A stretch of DNA of 64,000 nt from an uncultured Chthonomonadaceae bacterium (GCA_963835065.1 CAWIEK010000050.1:1-64000), one strand, 5' to 3'; shown: positions 22,673 to 35,119, counted from the stretch's first letter. A program made the numbers and translations. The notes: generated by a model from the sequence alone, not told the origin.

Positions 22673-23476
22673 ATGACGACAAAGAGCATACGGATTGGAT
22701 TGGCGCTTGGCGCGTTGGCGCTGGTGGGAACGGCGCGAATGGATTTGCGGGCGGGGGCGGCGCAGGAGGGCGCAAAACCGGAAAGCAAGGCGGAAACGCC
22801 CGACCTGATTACGCCAAAAGGGAAAACCATGACGTGGGGCGAGGCTGCGGATATGGACAGCAAAGTAAAGAACGGCAAGCCGATTGGCAAGGGCTGGAAG
22901 TCCTTGATTGACGGCAAAACGCTCAACGGCTGGAATTACGAAAAAGGCTACTGGCAGGTGAAGGACGGCGCGATTGTGGGCGACAAAAAGGGCGATACGC
23001 CGCACCACCATTATATGTTCAGCGACAAGGACTATGCGGACTTTGAATGTCACGTTGACGTGAAACTGGTCGGCTATAACAGCGGCGTGTGCGCCCGCAT
23101 CCATCCCAAAGATTTCGACGACGTGCCCGGCTATCAGGTGGATATGGCGGAAGGTTATTGGGGCTGTTTGTGGGACGAACACCACCGCCAGAAGAAAATC
23201 GTGGAGTATCCCCAGGCCGAAGCGGACAAGATCGTCCACAAAAACGACTGGAACCACTACTATTTTATAATGAACGGCCCGCATGTCGTGATGTATTTGA
23301 ACGGCGTGAAAACAGCAGATGTGGAAGACCCCGAAGGTTACGCTTCCGGGCCGCTCGGCTTTCAGTTGTGTCACGGCCCCAACACAATCGCCAGTTTCAA
23401 GAATATGTATGTGAAGCTGCTGAAGCCCGCTCTGCCCGGCACGGCTCCGAAATCCACCGATACGCCGCAGCCGTGA
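22673..23476 (+). CDS. DUF1080 (3-keto-disaccharide hydrolase-like) secreted protein
   Basis: WKSLIDGKTLNGW, NSGV, GYQVD, WNHY and GPLGFQL, with signal peptide and GGAGG RBS. Confidence 0.88.
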   Translation: MTTKSIRIGLALGALALVGTARMDLRAGAAQEGAKPESKAETPDLITPKGKTMTWGEAADMDSKVKNGKPIGKGWKSLIDGKTLNGWNYEKGYWQVKDGAIVGDKKGDTPHHHYMFSDKDYADFECHVDVKLVGYNSGVCARIHPKDFDDVPGYQVDMAEGYWGCLWDEHHRQKKIVEYPQAEADKIVHKNDWNHYYFIMNGPHVVMYLNGVKTADVEDPEGYASGPLGFQLCHGPNTIASFKNMYVKLLKPALPGTAPKSTDTPQP

Positions 23477-23560
23477 ACAGGTAAATGGTTGAGGGTTGAG
23501 AGTTGAGGCTGGTTCGGGTTCCTTGTTCGTACTGTTTTATTTTAACAATATGCCTTCTGT

Positions 23561-24559
23561 TTACTGCCCGGCTCCGGCGATGGTGGGCGCGGTGGGGCTG
23601 AAAAGGGTGTGCAGCAGGGGGATGTCTACGAGCAGGCAGAACACGACCACGACGCAGCACATAAGCACAGCCAGCATCAGGCCGCGTTCGCGGTACAGGC
23701 TTTCGGGGTTCTGCGCCGCGCTGTTGGGCTTAAAGGCGAGGGACAGATACACGGCCATCACGAGGGATACGAACGGAAACGAGGCGATCATTTCCAGCCG
23801 GTAGCGCATAATGAACGCGCCTAAAAACAGCATGGCGGACGAGCCGTAGAACACGATGCTGACGAGCAGCCTATCCAGCGTATAATAGCGAAATGAGCGG
23901 CGATAGGAAGCGGCAAGTTCCGGTGTGCCCAACTCGCGGAATTCCGCATACCGCTTGATCGCCATGAAATAGCAGCCGATCATCCAGTAACTGAGCAGGA
24001 GGGACGCGGGCGCAACCGACGCGGTTCCGGCAATGAACCAGCCCGCCAACATGCGAATGGGATTGTTCACGGCTTCGGAAAGTACGTCCACGTAAGGCAA
24101 ATCTTTGCTGCGCACGGGCGGGATGTTGTACGCGCAGCCCATGACCCATAGCGCCAGCAGGGTCAGGGCAAACGGCGTGGAAATAAGCCGGCCCAATCCC
24201 ACGCCCGCAATCATTAGCAGCAGCCATTGCGCATACGCCCACCGGACGCTGACCTCGCCGGAGGGAACGGGGCGGGCGCATTTGATGGGGTGCAGGCGGT
24301 CAAACGGCGCGTCCAGAACCTCATTCAGAACATAATTGCTCGACGCCACCAGCCCGATAGCCAGCAGGCCAAGCAGGATTCGCGTCGTCAGATGCGGCGC
24401 GACGTGCGCCCGGTCAATGCCCACAGCGGCAATGATGCCGGGAAACACGAACACGTTTTTGACCCAGTGATCCAGCCGCGCAATCCGCACATGCCCGCGC
24501 AAAGTAGGGTTTGCTTTATGAACAACGGCGGGTGTACCGGCAGCATTTATATCGCTCAT
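23561..24559 (-). CDS. UbiA-family prenyltransferase (decaprenyl-phosphate phosphoribosyltransferase-like)
   Basis: RLDHWVKNVFVF, SSNYVLNEVLDAPFDRLHPIK and RPVPSG. Confidence 0.88.
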   Translation of the reverse strand: MSDINAAGTPAVVHKANPTLRGHVRIARLDHWVKNVFVFPGIIAAVGIDRAHVAPHLTTRILLGLLAIGLVASSNYVLNEVLDAPFDRLHPIKCARPVPSGEVSVRWAYAQWLLLMIAGVGLGRLISTPFALTLLALWVMGCAYNIPPVRSKDLPYVDVLSEAVNNPIRMLAGWFIAGTASVAPASLLLSYWMIGCYFMAIKRYAEFRELGTPELAASYRRSFRYYTLDRLLVSIVFYGSSAMLFLGAFIMRYRLEMIASFPFVSLVMAVYLSLAFKPNSAAQNPESLYRERGLMLAVLMCCVVVVFCLLVDIPLLHTLFSPTAPTIAGAGQ

Positions 24560-25986
24560 AAGTTGTCGTTTTCCTTGAATTTGGCAGGCGGCAGCAATCC
24601 GTCCATCCCATAAGCGGCTAACGTTACCAGGCAGGGCAGAACCGGAACCGAATAGCGCCCCAGGGCGAGCAGCGCGGCCAGTAACACGTTGAGGTACAAA
24701 ATGGGCAGGGCAAGCGGCCAGACAGGTTTGTGTTCCCGCCGCCCCCGCTGCCAGCCGAGCAATGCCAGCAGGCCGAAGAACAGGGCAAGCAATCCGGTCA
24801 CGAGCGAGTTGGCGCGGCTGGTCATCTGATACCAGAAGGTAAACAGGCCGACGACGAATTTACGCGCCAATCCCGCCGGGTCGGTCAGCAGGCTGGTTTT
24901 GGCGGCCTGCGTTAGAATGTGATCCGATTCGATGTCGTTGCGCTCCCATACCGTGTTTTGCGCCCGGCACAAACCGCGAAAATAGGCGTTACACTCGTTT
25001 TCCGCGTCGGTATAGGGCGGCAAGCGCAGGGTGGCGTATGCAGGCTTGGAAAAGATCAATCCGCGCAGGTAAGCGTCGCCCAAGCCCGTTGTAATCAGCA
25101 CCCAATGCCCGGATACGCGATGGTTGCGCAGCGTCCAGGGCAGGACGACCCCGCCCATTGCCACAAAAAGGCAGGCAAGCAGCCAGGCGCGCTCTTTCCA
25201 CTCGCGCGTTCCATAATCTCTCGCCGTAAAATTGGGCGTATCGGATGGTTTTGCTCCCGCAGGTTTTACTTCCGTAGAGTTTACTTCCGCAGAGTCTACT
25301 TCGGGCGTACTCGCGTCCGCAGGTTCTATGTCGGAGGAATTCTCTTTCCATGTCCGGGTGTTGGAGGGCTTACGCGGAAAGGCAAGCCAGGCGATGGCGA
25401 ACACAAGCGGGTACAGCACGAATACGGCTTTGGCAAGGGCGGCAAGGCCGCAGCAAATCCCGATGGAAGCGGCGCGTCCTGCTGTTGGGCGTTCCAAAAA
25501 TAACACGGTTCGCCAGATGGTCAGCGTCCACAGGAACGTCAGCAAAATCTCCACGTGGAAGTCCGGCACGTAGCGGAGCAGGGCCGGATGCAGGGCGCAG
25601 CAAAGCCCGGCAATCAGACCGGCGCGGGGATTGAACATGCGGCGTCCCGTATCCCACGCCAACACGCAAATTCCGGCCAACAACACGCACTGCGCCAGTT
25701 GCAGCACAAACGCCTTCTCGCCAAAAACAAAGTAAATCAGGGCGATAAACAGGGGATACAGCGGCCCGCGCCGGTTGAGGACGGAGCCATACGCCCGGAA
25801 GCCTTCGCCATGCAGCACACTGCGCCCCATCGCTTCATAGGCATACGGGTCGGGATGCGTGGAGACAAAATGCTGCGCCCGCCAGCCGAGCAGCGTTGTC
25901 AGCAGGCCGACAAGCAGGCTGAACGCGGCGAGGCCGAACGGAACGGTAAAGGAAGCGGAGGTTGTGACGGGTCGTGTTTTCGTCAT
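24556..25986 (-). CDS. ArnT/PMT-like (GT-C) glycosyltransferase
   Basis: DPYAYEAMG, RGPLYPLF, multiple TMs, PWTLRN and RYSVP, with an inserted 5-aa repeat (EVDSA/EVNST/EVKPA). Confidence 0.8.
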   Translation of the reverse strand: MTKTRPVTTSASFTVPFGLAAFSLLVGLLTTLLGWRAQHFVSTHPDPYAYEAMGRSVLHGEGFRAYGSVLNRRGPLYPLFIALIYFVFGEKAFVLQLAQCVLLAGICVLAWDTGRRMFNPRAGLIAGLCCALHPALLRYVPDFHVEILLTFLWTLTIWRTVLFLERPTAGRAASIGICCGLAALAKAVFVLYPLVFAIAWLAFPRKPSNTRTWKENSSDIEPADASTPEVDSAEVNSTEVKPAGAKPSDTPNFTARDYGTREWKERAWLLACLFVAMGGVVLPWTLRNHRVSGHWVLITTGLGDAYLRGLIFSKPAYATLRLPPYTDAENECNAYFRGLCRAQNTVWERNDIESDHILTQAAKTSLLTDPAGLARKFVVGLFTFWYQMTSRANSLVTGLLALFFGLLALLGWQRGRREHKPVWPLALPILYLNVLLAALLALGRYSVPVLPCLVTLAAYGMDGLLPPAKFKENDNL

Positions 25987-26016
25987 GCGGTAACTCGTGC
26001 AAGGTTTGCCGGAATT

Positions 26017-26169
26017 GTAACTCTTCACCACCAAGCCCCCAAGAACACAAAGAAGAATGAGAAGAAGGACGTTACAAAATTGAAGAAGATATTGTAAACT
26101 TAACACACTCTAAATTTGATAGTACCTGCTTTACTTGGTGTTCTTGGCGTCTTGGTGGTGAAGAGTTAC
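26017..26169. repeat. Intergenic inverted repeat (MITE/REP-like)
   Basis: gtaactcttcaccaccaag..ccaagaacac / gtgttcttgg..cttggtggtgaagagttac. Confidence 0.8.
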
Positions 26170-26176
26170 CCGGAAT

Positions 26177-28231
26177 TCAGGGCTTGCGCAGGGAAACGGG
26201 AGCAAGCACCTGTGCGCTGCGCGGGGGCAGATACAGTTGGATACTCTGGCCGCGCCCGTACATGGGTACGGATTGGACGGGATAAACCATGTCGGGCTGA
26301 ACGTGTCCCTGCCCGCCGAATTGCGGGGCATCTGTGTTGAGAATCACCTGATAATCAACATTATCCGGGACAGGGATGCGCAGGCCGAAGAACGATTCGG
26401 AGAGGTTAAAGCTGAACACAAACACGAGCGGGCCGCGCCGATACACGAGTTGCCGGGTATCCTCGTGCAGCAGTAGTTGTTCGATGTACGAATCGTTGAG
26501 CAGATTATAGGTTTTGTCCAACTGCTGCATGGCATGGTCAAAGGCGTTGAGGTCGCGGTAGCGCAGGTGGTCGGTTTCTACGAGGGACCATTGGCGGCGT
26601 GCGTTCTGGTAGGATTGGTTGTTTTGGGGCGTGGGAAAATCAATCCATTCGGGGTGGCCGAACTCGTTGCCCATGAAGTTGAGGTAGCCCTCGCCGCCAA
26701 GCGAAAAGGTGAGCAGGCGTATCAGTTTGTGCAGGGCAACGCCGCGCTCCACAACGGGACTGTGCGCGAAACGGCTCATGCCCTGATACATTTCCCTGTC
26801 CATCAGCCGAAACGCGACGGTTTTATCTCCAACTAAGGCTTGATCGTGGGATTCGACGTACCCGATGTGCTTTTCTCCTGTCCGGCGGTCCAGCAGGCGG
26901 GTGTAAATTTCTCCCAATTTCCATTGTTCTTCGGGCACGTCTTCAATCAGTTCGATCCAATAGTCGGGGATGCCCATCGCCAGCCGGTAATCGAAACCCA
27001 ATCCGCCTTCGGGAACGGGGCGGGCCAGTCCGGGCATTCCCGACACGTCTTCGGCAATGGAAACGGCGGCGGGATCAAGTTGGTGGAGCAGTTCGTTGGC
27101 GAGCATGAGATAGGCAAGGGCGTCTTTTTCCACGTTTGGGCCGAAATAATCGTCGTAGCTGCGGAACACGCGCCCGATGCCGTGATCGTGGTACAGCATA
27201 CTGGTCACGCCATCAAAGCGGAAACCGTCAAAATGGTATTCTTCCCGCCAGAAGCGCAGGTTGGACAGCAAAAATCGCTGCACTTCCCATTTGCCGTAAT
27301 CGAAGAGGAGGGAGTCCCAGAGCGGATGCAGGCCGCGCTCACCGGCATGAAAATACTGATTGTCCGTGCCGTCGAAACGGTTGAGTCCCTCATCCATGTT
27401 GCGCACGGCGTGGGAATGGACGACATCCATGACGACGCGCAGTCCAAGTCCGTGCGCGGTGTCCACGAGTTCTTTAAGTTCTTCGGGCGTACCGAAGCGG
27501 GAGGAAACGGCGTAGTAGTTGCTGACGTGGTAGCCGAAGGAGCCGTAATAGGGATGCTCCATGACCGCCATCAACTGTACGGCGTTGTAGCCGAGCGCGG
27601 CTATGCGGGGCAGGATGTGGCGGGTAAACTCTTCAAATGTGCCGACGCGCTCGGCTTCCTGCGCCATACCGACGTGGGCTTCATAAATGCGCAGGCCGCC
27701 GGGTTGCTGCGCGAAGGGCGGGGGCGCGGGATGCCGCCACACGTAAGCGTCAGGCGGCTGCCAGTATTGCGCGATGAAGTGAGAAGAGTTGGGTTCCTGA
27801 ACCACGCGCCGGATATACGCGGGCAGGCGATCCCGCGCCCCGATTTCGGGCGCGTACACGTGGACTTTCAAGCGGCTGCCGTGCGTCAGGCGTTCGGCAT
27901 AGATCGAATCGGGCAGAAAACAGGACCACACGCCCCACTCGTCGCGCTCCAAAGGGTTCGCGCCCCGATCCCAACTGTTGAAATCGCCAATCAGCGCCAG
28001 ATAATGCGCGGCGGGCGCCCATTCCCGATACCACACCCCTTGTTCGCCCTCACGTTCGCCCCGGTTCAGCCCGAAAACATGGTGGCTCTGGCTGACCGCG
28101 CCAAGCAGCCCGCCTGACGTATCCAGCCGGGACTTGAAGGCCAAATACTGCGCGAACCGCTCCCGAAGCGGCTGCGTATAGGCCGCAAGCCAGGGGTCAA
28201 GCGCAATCAGTTGTGTGCCATCGGCAGTCAT
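26177..28231 (-). CDS. glgB: 1,4-alpha-glucan branching enzyme (GH13_8-like)
   Basis: IYEAHVGM, FRFDGVTSMLY, IAEDVSG, ESHDQALVGDKT and FMGNEFGHPEW. Confidence 0.93.
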   Translation of the reverse strand: MTADGTQLIALDPWLAAYTQPLRERFAQYLAFKSRLDTSGGLLGAVSQSHHVFGLNRGEREGEQGVWYREWAPAAHYLALIGDFNSWDRGANPLERDEWGVWSCFLPDSIYAERLTHGSRLKVHVYAPEIGARDRLPAYIRRVVQEPNSSHFIAQYWQPPDAYVWRHPAPPPFAQQPGGLRIYEAHVGMAQEAERVGTFEEFTRHILPRIAALGYNAVQLMAVMEHPYYGSFGYHVSNYYAVSSRFGTPEELKELVDTAHGLGLRVVMDVVHSHAVRNMDEGLNRFDGTDNQYFHAGERGLHPLWDSLLFDYGKWEVQRFLLSNLRFWREEYHFDGFRFDGVTSMLYHDHGIGRVFRSYDDYFGPNVEKDALAYLMLANELLHQLDPAAVSIAEDVSGMPGLARPVPEGGLGFDYRLAMGIPDYWIELIEDVPEEQWKLGEIYTRLLDRRTGEKHIGYVESHDQALVGDKTVAFRLMDREMYQGMSRFAHSPVVERGVALHKLIRLLTFSLGGEGYLNFMGNEFGHPEWIDFPTPQNNQSYQNARRQWSLVETDHLRYRDLNAFDHAMQQLDKTYNLLNDSYIEQLLLHEDTRQLVYRRGPLVFVFSFNLSESFFGLRIPVPDNVDYQVILNTDAPQFGGQGHVQPDMVYPVQSVPMYGRGQSIQLYLPPRSAQVLAPVSLRKP

Positions 28232-28348
28232 GGGTAATTATGTCCTTACCGCGTCGGTAATTCCGTTTCTAAGCAGTGGGGCGCTGAAAGTTCGCGGCTC
28301 CTGCATCTCTATCAACTATCAACTATCAACTATCAACTGCTTAACCGG

Positions 28349-29101
28349 TCATTTCAAGCCGCCGTTGGCAACAAGGGTTTGCCCGGTAATCCAGCGGCCT
28401 TCTTCGGAACACAGAAACGCGACTACATCGGCAATGTCTTCCGGCTTGCCTAATCGCCGCAGCGCGGTTGCGTTCGCCATCTGCTGCTGTATGTCGGCGG
28501 GAATCACTTGCTGTAGCATTTCGGTTTCGGTGACGCCCGGCGCGACGGCGTTGACCGTGATGCCGCGCGGGCCGAGTTCCATAGCGATGCAGGCGGTCAG
28601 GGTTTCCAATGCGGCTTTGCTTGCGGCGTACACGGCCCATTGCGCGGTGGGCGAACGGGTAATACTGGACGAGATGTTGACGATGCGCCCGCCGTCCGCG
28701 CCGAAATGTTTGGCTGCCAGCCGCATGGCAAGCAGCGGCCCGCGCGTATTGACGCTAAATAGTTCTTCATAAAACTTGTCGTCCGTGTCTTCCAAAGCGC
28801 GAAAACCCGACACGCCCGCGTTGTTGACCAGAACATCCAATTTGCCGAACGTTTCCAGCGTTTGCGCGAACAGGCGCTCCAACTGCGCCACATCACTGAC
28901 ATCGGCCTGTAGCGCAATCGCGTTTGTGCCCCGGCTGTTGAGTTCCGCCACTACTTGCCGGGCGGCAGAGGCATTGCGGCTGTAGCCAATTACAACCTGC
29001 GCTCCGTCGTCACTGAGCCGACGAGCAATCGCCGCGCCGATCCCCCGCGACCCGCCCGTAACGATGGCAACCCGCCCCGTCAAATCCGCCATTCCTGCCA
29101 C
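28349..29101 (-). CDS. Short-chain dehydrogenase/reductase
   Basis: TGGSRGIG, NNAG, YAASK and NAVAPG. Confidence 0.93.
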   Translation of the reverse strand: MAGMADLTGRVAIVTGGSRGIGAAIARRLSDDGAQVVIGYSRNASAARQVVAELNSRGTNAIALQADVSDVAQLERLFAQTLETFGKLDVLVNNAGVSGFRALEDTDDKFYEELFSVNTRGPLLAMRLAAKHFGADGGRIVNISSSITRSPTAQWAVYAASKAALETLTACIAMELGPRGITVNAVAPGVTETEMLQQVIPADIQQQMANATALRRLGKPEDIADVVAFLCSEEGRWITGQTLVANGGLK

Positions 29102-29602
29102 CCCGGTATTCCGCCCAATCCCTGATGATTGTCTGCCGCATTGCGCTGCGCTTGTTACGGCTATGTTTTCGCCAACGCGCTGTGAATTTCCTGCACAAAA
29201 ACGCTTACAGGGCGCGTTTCAAATTCAGAAGTTCTGCGCTGTTACCATTTGCCGGAGTGCCGGGGATTGAAAATTCCCGTCCGGGCAAAACAAGCGTACT
29301 GCGGACGCGCTGTTGTTATGGGAATTGCGCTTTACACGCATCTTGTCCTTGCCTCTTAGAACGTACCTGTTAGAGCGTACCTGCGTCTACGCCAAACTGC
29401 GGGTTTTTGCCCGACAAACGCGAAGTTCAACAGAAACGCTCCGTCGCCGGGTAAAATTAGTGACACCTGCGCTTAAAATCCGCGTCTATAAAGAGAATAC
29501 TCCACGCTGTAACATTCTGCGCCAACGCCACGCCATCTGAAACGAGAGTCCTGTCGCTCCGTCAAGCATGTCTTTTGCTTTGAGGATCGAGAGGAATTTT
29601 TT

Positions 29603-31506
29603 ATGTCTGACGCCAAGCCGAGTTCGCCCGGATTGGAGGCTTTGGTACAAACCGCTCCCAATATGGAACGCGCGGCGGAACGCCTGCTTCGGCTGCAAAG
29701 CCTTGCCCTCGCGCTGACCGGCGTTAGCACGGTGGAGCAGGCCGCGAACGTCGTGATTACCGAAGGGTTTGCCGCGCTCAACGCCACATCGGGCGCGGTT
29801 TATCTGCGTGATGCAGACGCGGATGGTTTTCGCCTTGCGCGCGCTGTGGGCTACCCGCCTTCCTCCGCGCCGTATGCGCCGCTGCTTCCTTCCACAGACG
29901 CCGCTTCGCCCTTAGCATTGGCGATCCGCGCCCGGCAGCCTTTGTTTTTGGAGGCTGTCACCACCCGCCGCGCGGAGGCTTCCTCCACGCCTGCGCCCGT
30001 TGCCGCAATTGCGGCAGAAGCAGCCACAAATACAGACGCCAATTTTGCCTTGAACATGCCGTCAATCCCCTTCGCGGAACCATTGGTCGCGCAGGTTGCG
30101 CTGCCCCTCCTGACGGATGACCATGTTTTGGGCGGGCTGGAATTGGATTGGCGGCAGGCGCAGATGTTCGATGCCGATGCCCGCGCCTTTATGCAGATCG
30201 TGGCGCAAATGTGCGCGCAGGCGATGGAACGGGCGCGATTGTATGAAGCGGAGCAGGCGGCGCGGCGTATCGCGGAACAAGCCATGGAGCGGACGGCCCG
30301 CCTGCAAACCGTGACTTCCCGGCTGGCGCAGGCCGTTTCCGTTGCGCAGGTGGGCGAGGTTATCATCAGCGAGGGAACGTCCGCGCTGGGCGCGCATCGG
30401 GGCGTCCTGGCCCTGCTTTCTCCTTCCGGTGACCAATTGGAAGTGGCGCGCGCGATGGGCTACGCGCCCGCAACGGTGCAGAACTGGCAGAGGTTCGATC
30501 TGAACGCGCCGATTCCTCTGGCGGACGTGGTTCGAAAACGGGAAGCGATCTGGCTGCACGATTTGGAAGAGCGCAATACGCGCTACCCGCAATTGGAGCG
30601 CATCCAAACTTCCTCGCAAGCGTATGCCGTGCTGCCGCTTAACGTTGAGGATCGCATGTTCTAGGGGGAATCAGTTTCGGCTTTGACCATCCACGCGCTT
30701 TTGAGGCTGAGGAACGCGCTTTTATCACGGCTCTGGCGCAGCAATGCGCGCAGGCGATGGAGCGTGCCCGTCTTACCGATGCCGCCGCCGCTGTCGCTGC
30801 GGAAATCGAAGACCTCAACGCGCGTTTGAAGCGGGCAATGGCCGAAACCCACCACCGCGTAAAAAACAATTTACAAGTGATTTCCGCGCTTGTGGAACTG
30901 CAAACCGACCCCGGCGTTACGCAGGTTCCCGCCGACGCCCTCAAACGCATCGGCCTGCATGCCCGCGCCCTCGCTACGCTGCACGACCTGCTGACGGATC
31001 AGGCGAAAGTTTCGTTTGAAACCACAACCGTTTCTTCACGGGCGCTGTTAGGCAAAATGCTGCCCGTGCTGCAAGCCACCATTGGGCCGCGCGCCCTGCA
31101 ATCGGACATCGCGGACGTTCGCCTGCCCATTCGCATGGGCGCGTCGCTGTGCCTGCTCCTCAGCGAACTGGTCAGCAACGCCGTCAAACACGGCGGCAAC
31201 GCGCTGCGCATTTCCCTTCTGGCTGCGCCCAACCGCCGCAATCCCGCGCCAACCGAGGACGCGCCTCCAAAGCCTGACCATCGGCAAAACACGCCGGACA
31301 CGCCTATAGAAGAAATCGTTTCCCTGATTGTAGCCGACGACGGGCCGGGCTTTCCTCTCGACTTCGATCCGAAAAAAGCCGCCAACACCGGGCTTGACCT
31401 GATCACCAACATCAGCCGCCTTGATCTGGCGGGAAGCGTCACCTACGCCAATAACCCACAGGGCGGCGCGCTCGTCACCATCACCTTTCCGCTGCCCACT
31501 GCCTAG
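29603..31506 (+). CDS. Two-GAF sensor histidine kinase (HisKA_2 type), frameshift near 30660
   Basis: Two GAF-like repeats, ETHHRVKNNLQ, ELVSNAVKHG, DDGPGFP and TGLDL. Confidence 0.88.
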
Positions 31507-32149
31507 ATAAGCCAGGGGTTTGCAATCCCCGGCAGGAAAGTACAAGCGTCTTACGGACGCAAATGCCGCGCCTATTGGGATAGGTTCTAACTTCCCAAAC
31601 CGGCGGGGAGCGCGACCTTTGCCAACGGGAAGTGGGGAAGCAAAGGAGAGGCATGAAGGATGAAAGCGCCGGAAAAAAGGCATGTAGAAAAAAGATATGT
31701 AGAGAGATCGTCGAAATCTTGGCAATGCAGCGCTTCCAGCCCGATGTCTCGTTGTGTCAAGTTGTAGGAGAGAGGCATCATGACCTCCAAAGCGTCAGGG
31801 CGGACGAGAGAGGCGGAACATAGGCTTGCACCTCCCTTCCTTTATGTTTAACGTCTGAAAAGTAGACGTTCGTACCACTGTTAGACGGCTGCGATGGGCA
31901 AAGGGTTCACATTTTTTCGCATTGGTTGGCTCTTTTTTCTGTCTTTTATTTGGATTATTTTTGCGGGATGGTTGCTGTTGGCATCGTGTGAGGAACGGGG
32001 AGGGCGCTTGTCTGGGGTTTGTAAATCTATCACTTCCCGTGACGCGGGCATGATGAATCACGCCCCTACGCATGTTTCAGGAACTTGTTCTTTTACAGAC
32101 CCTTAATGTGCTATAACAAGGACAGACAGATAGGACCTGTTTCCAAACA

Positions 32150-32354
32150 GGAACGCGCAAAAGCAGTTAATCGCTTCACGCTGGAGTTTCTAAACGAGTT
32201 TGCGGACGTAAACGGCGGAATTGATTGGGAGAAGCTGCTGCGCTTCAATAGTGGCAAGGAAACATACGCCCGTGCTGCCAAGCCAGCGACCGAGCGAGTG
32301 AGCAAGCGTAAAGCCAAAGGCAAGGAGAATACGCCTGGGCTTGAACCCTCCTAA
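32150..32354 (+). pseudogene. Possible C-terminal remnant of a type II restriction endonuclease-like (PmeII-like) protein
   Basis: NRFTLEFLNEF..NGGIDWEKLLRFNSG resembles that family's C-terminus (recalled, not searched). No N-terminal part is present. Confidence 0.35.
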
Positions 32355-35024
32355 TGAGCGGCTTCAACACCTACCGGCAGGAAGTTCCGTATAAATTGAA
32401 AGAAAAAGTTTTGTATATTTTACAGATTACCTCGTTCTCCGAAATCCGCGCAAATTCAAGGGCTACCCGCCGGTTATGGGTGGCAGTCGGCTGCCTGGCA
32501 ACTCCCGCCTTGCTGCTGGGCTATCTGTCGGCGGTATCCGCCAGCCTTGCCGCCCCGCCACCGCCATCCGAGTACGAGAAGGTGGTGAAGCCGTTCTTCA
32601 CGAAATACTGCGTTTCGTGTCACGGCGCAAGTCTCCAGCGCGGCGGGATTCGCCTGGACACGCTCAGTCACGACTTTTCCACGCCTGTCACCGCGATGCA
32701 CTGGGCCGATATTATGGAGCGCATGAACGCGGCGGAAATGCCCCCGAAAGGCTCCTTGCAGCCGAAGCCGAAAGAAGTGGCGAATATCGCCGACTGGATT
32801 ACCGCGCAGCTCAAGGAAGCGGATGCCGACCAGAAAGCCGGGTTGGGGGAAAAAGTGGCGTTTCGCAGGCTGACCCGCGAGGAGTACCGCAACACGGTAC
32901 GCGACCTGCTTGGCGTTACCGTAGATGTGACCGACCCTGCCGGGCTGCCGGAAGACCCGGACTGGCAGGGGTTCGAGCGTATCGGCTCCGTGCTGACCAT
33001 TTCGCCCGCGCACATCGAAAAATATCTGGCCGTTGCGGAATCCGCCCTGAACGAAGCCCTGCCGCTCGGCCCGCAGCCCCCACGCGACAGCATCCGTTGG
33101 ACGCCCTTCGACCTGCGCGGGTCGTCGGTGAGAAATCAGTTTATTGCCAGAGGAATCGCCGGTAAAACGCGCGCCGACATCGTGCCGAACAATGGCGCGA
33201 ACGGCACACCCGGCGAAAATCAACTGCTCAACATCAAAACTGCCGGGGAGTACAGCGTCCGGTTGAAACTGAGCGGCCTGCGTCCTCCCGGCGGCATCCC
33301 GCCCCGCGTGAGCGTGTATGCGGCAGACCTGGGACGAACGCTGTTCGAGCAGGATGTGGAAGCGCCGGAAGACAAGCCCATCACCATCGAGTTCCGTACG
33401 CATCTTCCCGCCGGGGCGCATCAGATTCGCATTCTCAATGCCGTTCCCGGCCCGAACCCGGAAGCGAGTTCTTCCCGCCCGGATGGCGCGCATCCCTTTA
33501 CCGATCTGCGCCGCCGCCAGCCCTGGCAGATCAAGCTGACCGATGACGATTTCAAGCCCCTGGTTCCGTCCATCCTGCTCGACTCGGTGGAGTGGGAAGG
33601 TCCGCTGCTCCCGTCCTGGCCGACGCCTGCCTATCGCCAAATCTTCTTTCGCGGGGAAGGCGCGACAAAGGATAGCGCGTACGCCCGGCAAATACTGGCC
33701 CGCTTTGCCGAACGCGCGTATCGGCGTCCCGCGCAGCCGGGGGAAGTGGAACGCCTCGTCAGGCTTTTTGAAAACTCGCAAAAGCTTGGGGACAGCTTCG
33801 AGGCTTCCGTGCGGACGGCATTGCTTGCGGCGCTATGCTCCAAGAGTTTTATCTATCTCGTGGAAGGGCAGGCAAATACGGCCACAGGAACGCCACCGCC
33901 AGACGCGGCGCGAATACAAACCGTAAGCCTCCCGCCCGCTCCTAAAGCAACCGCCAAACCGCTCAAATCTACTGCCATTGCGGCCACCATCCCTGCTGAC
34001 GGATTGGGAGATCGCGTCGCGCCTTTCCTATTTCCTGTGGAGTACGATGCCGGACGCGCGCCTGCTGGAACTTGCGCGGATGGGCAAACTGCATCAGCCG
34101 GCCATTCTGCGCGCGGAAGCGCAGCGGATGCTGGCGGATAAGCGCAGCGCGGCCTTTGCCGATTCCTTTCCGCGCCAATGGCTGCAATTGCGCCGCGTAG
34201 GCATGTTCCCGCCCGACCGGAAACTCTATCCCAACTATGACGACTATCTGGAAAAGAGCATGGTGGACGAAACCACCGCCTTCTTTCGCGAAGTCCTGAC
34301 ACATAATCTGGGCATCGGGCAGTTCCTCGACTCGGATTGGACAATGCTCAATCGGCGGCTGGCGGAACACTACGGCATCGCGGGCGTGGAAGGCGAAGCG
34401 TTTCAGCGCGTGGCCTTGAAACCGGAGTACCATCGCGGCGGTTTGCTCACGCAAGCCTCCATTCTCAGCCTGACTTCGGACGGCACGCGGCATCGCCCCG
34501 TGCATCGCGGCAAATGGATACTGGAGTCCATGCTGGGAAAAGCGCCGCCGCCCCCGCCCGCCAATGTGCCGGCCCTCAAGTCCAGCGCGTCCAACCAGCC
34601 CAAAATGTCGCTGCGGGCCAAGCTGGAAGCGCACCGCCAGGACCCCAACTGCGCCGCTTGCCACCGTAAAATCGATCCGCTCGGCCTGGCCTTCGACAAT
34701 TATGACGCGATTGGACACTGGCGCACAGTGGAGGCCGTGTCCGATGGCGCGGGCGCAAATCCCGCGCTTGACCCCGGCGGCGTTCTGCCCGATGGCCGCA
34801 AATTCGCCGATGCCGCGGGCTTGAAGAAATTGATGCTTGCCGATGAGGACAAGTTCGCCACAGCGTTCACGGAGAAACTCGCCACGTATGCCCTGCGCCG
34901 CGCCATGACCTTCCCGGATCGCGCCAGATTGCAGCGCATCACCGTACAAAGCAAATCGAACGGCTACAAACTCGCGTCCCTGGTTCAAACCCTGGTCACA
35001 AGCGACCTTTTTCAAGGCCGCTAG
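32354..35024 (+). CDS. Planctomycete-type cytochrome c / DUF1587-1592-1588-1585 protein, frameshift near 33980
   Basis: CVSCHG, RRLTREEYRNTVRDL, EIASRLSYFLWSTMPD, RGGLLTQAS and CAACHRKIDPLG. Confidence 0.9.
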
Positions 35025-35119
35025 TTTACTGCGGCGTAAGTTCATGGGCAGTTTGCCAGTCAGCGAAGTCGAATGGAAAAATCTGTTATCTGAAATCTAG
35101 ATAATGGTATAATGGAGGC

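Noticed and set aside
26177..28231. Eukaryote-to-bacterium transfer of glgB
   Set aside because: GH13_8-like branching enzymes are known in several bacterial phyla, and the composition matches the flanks
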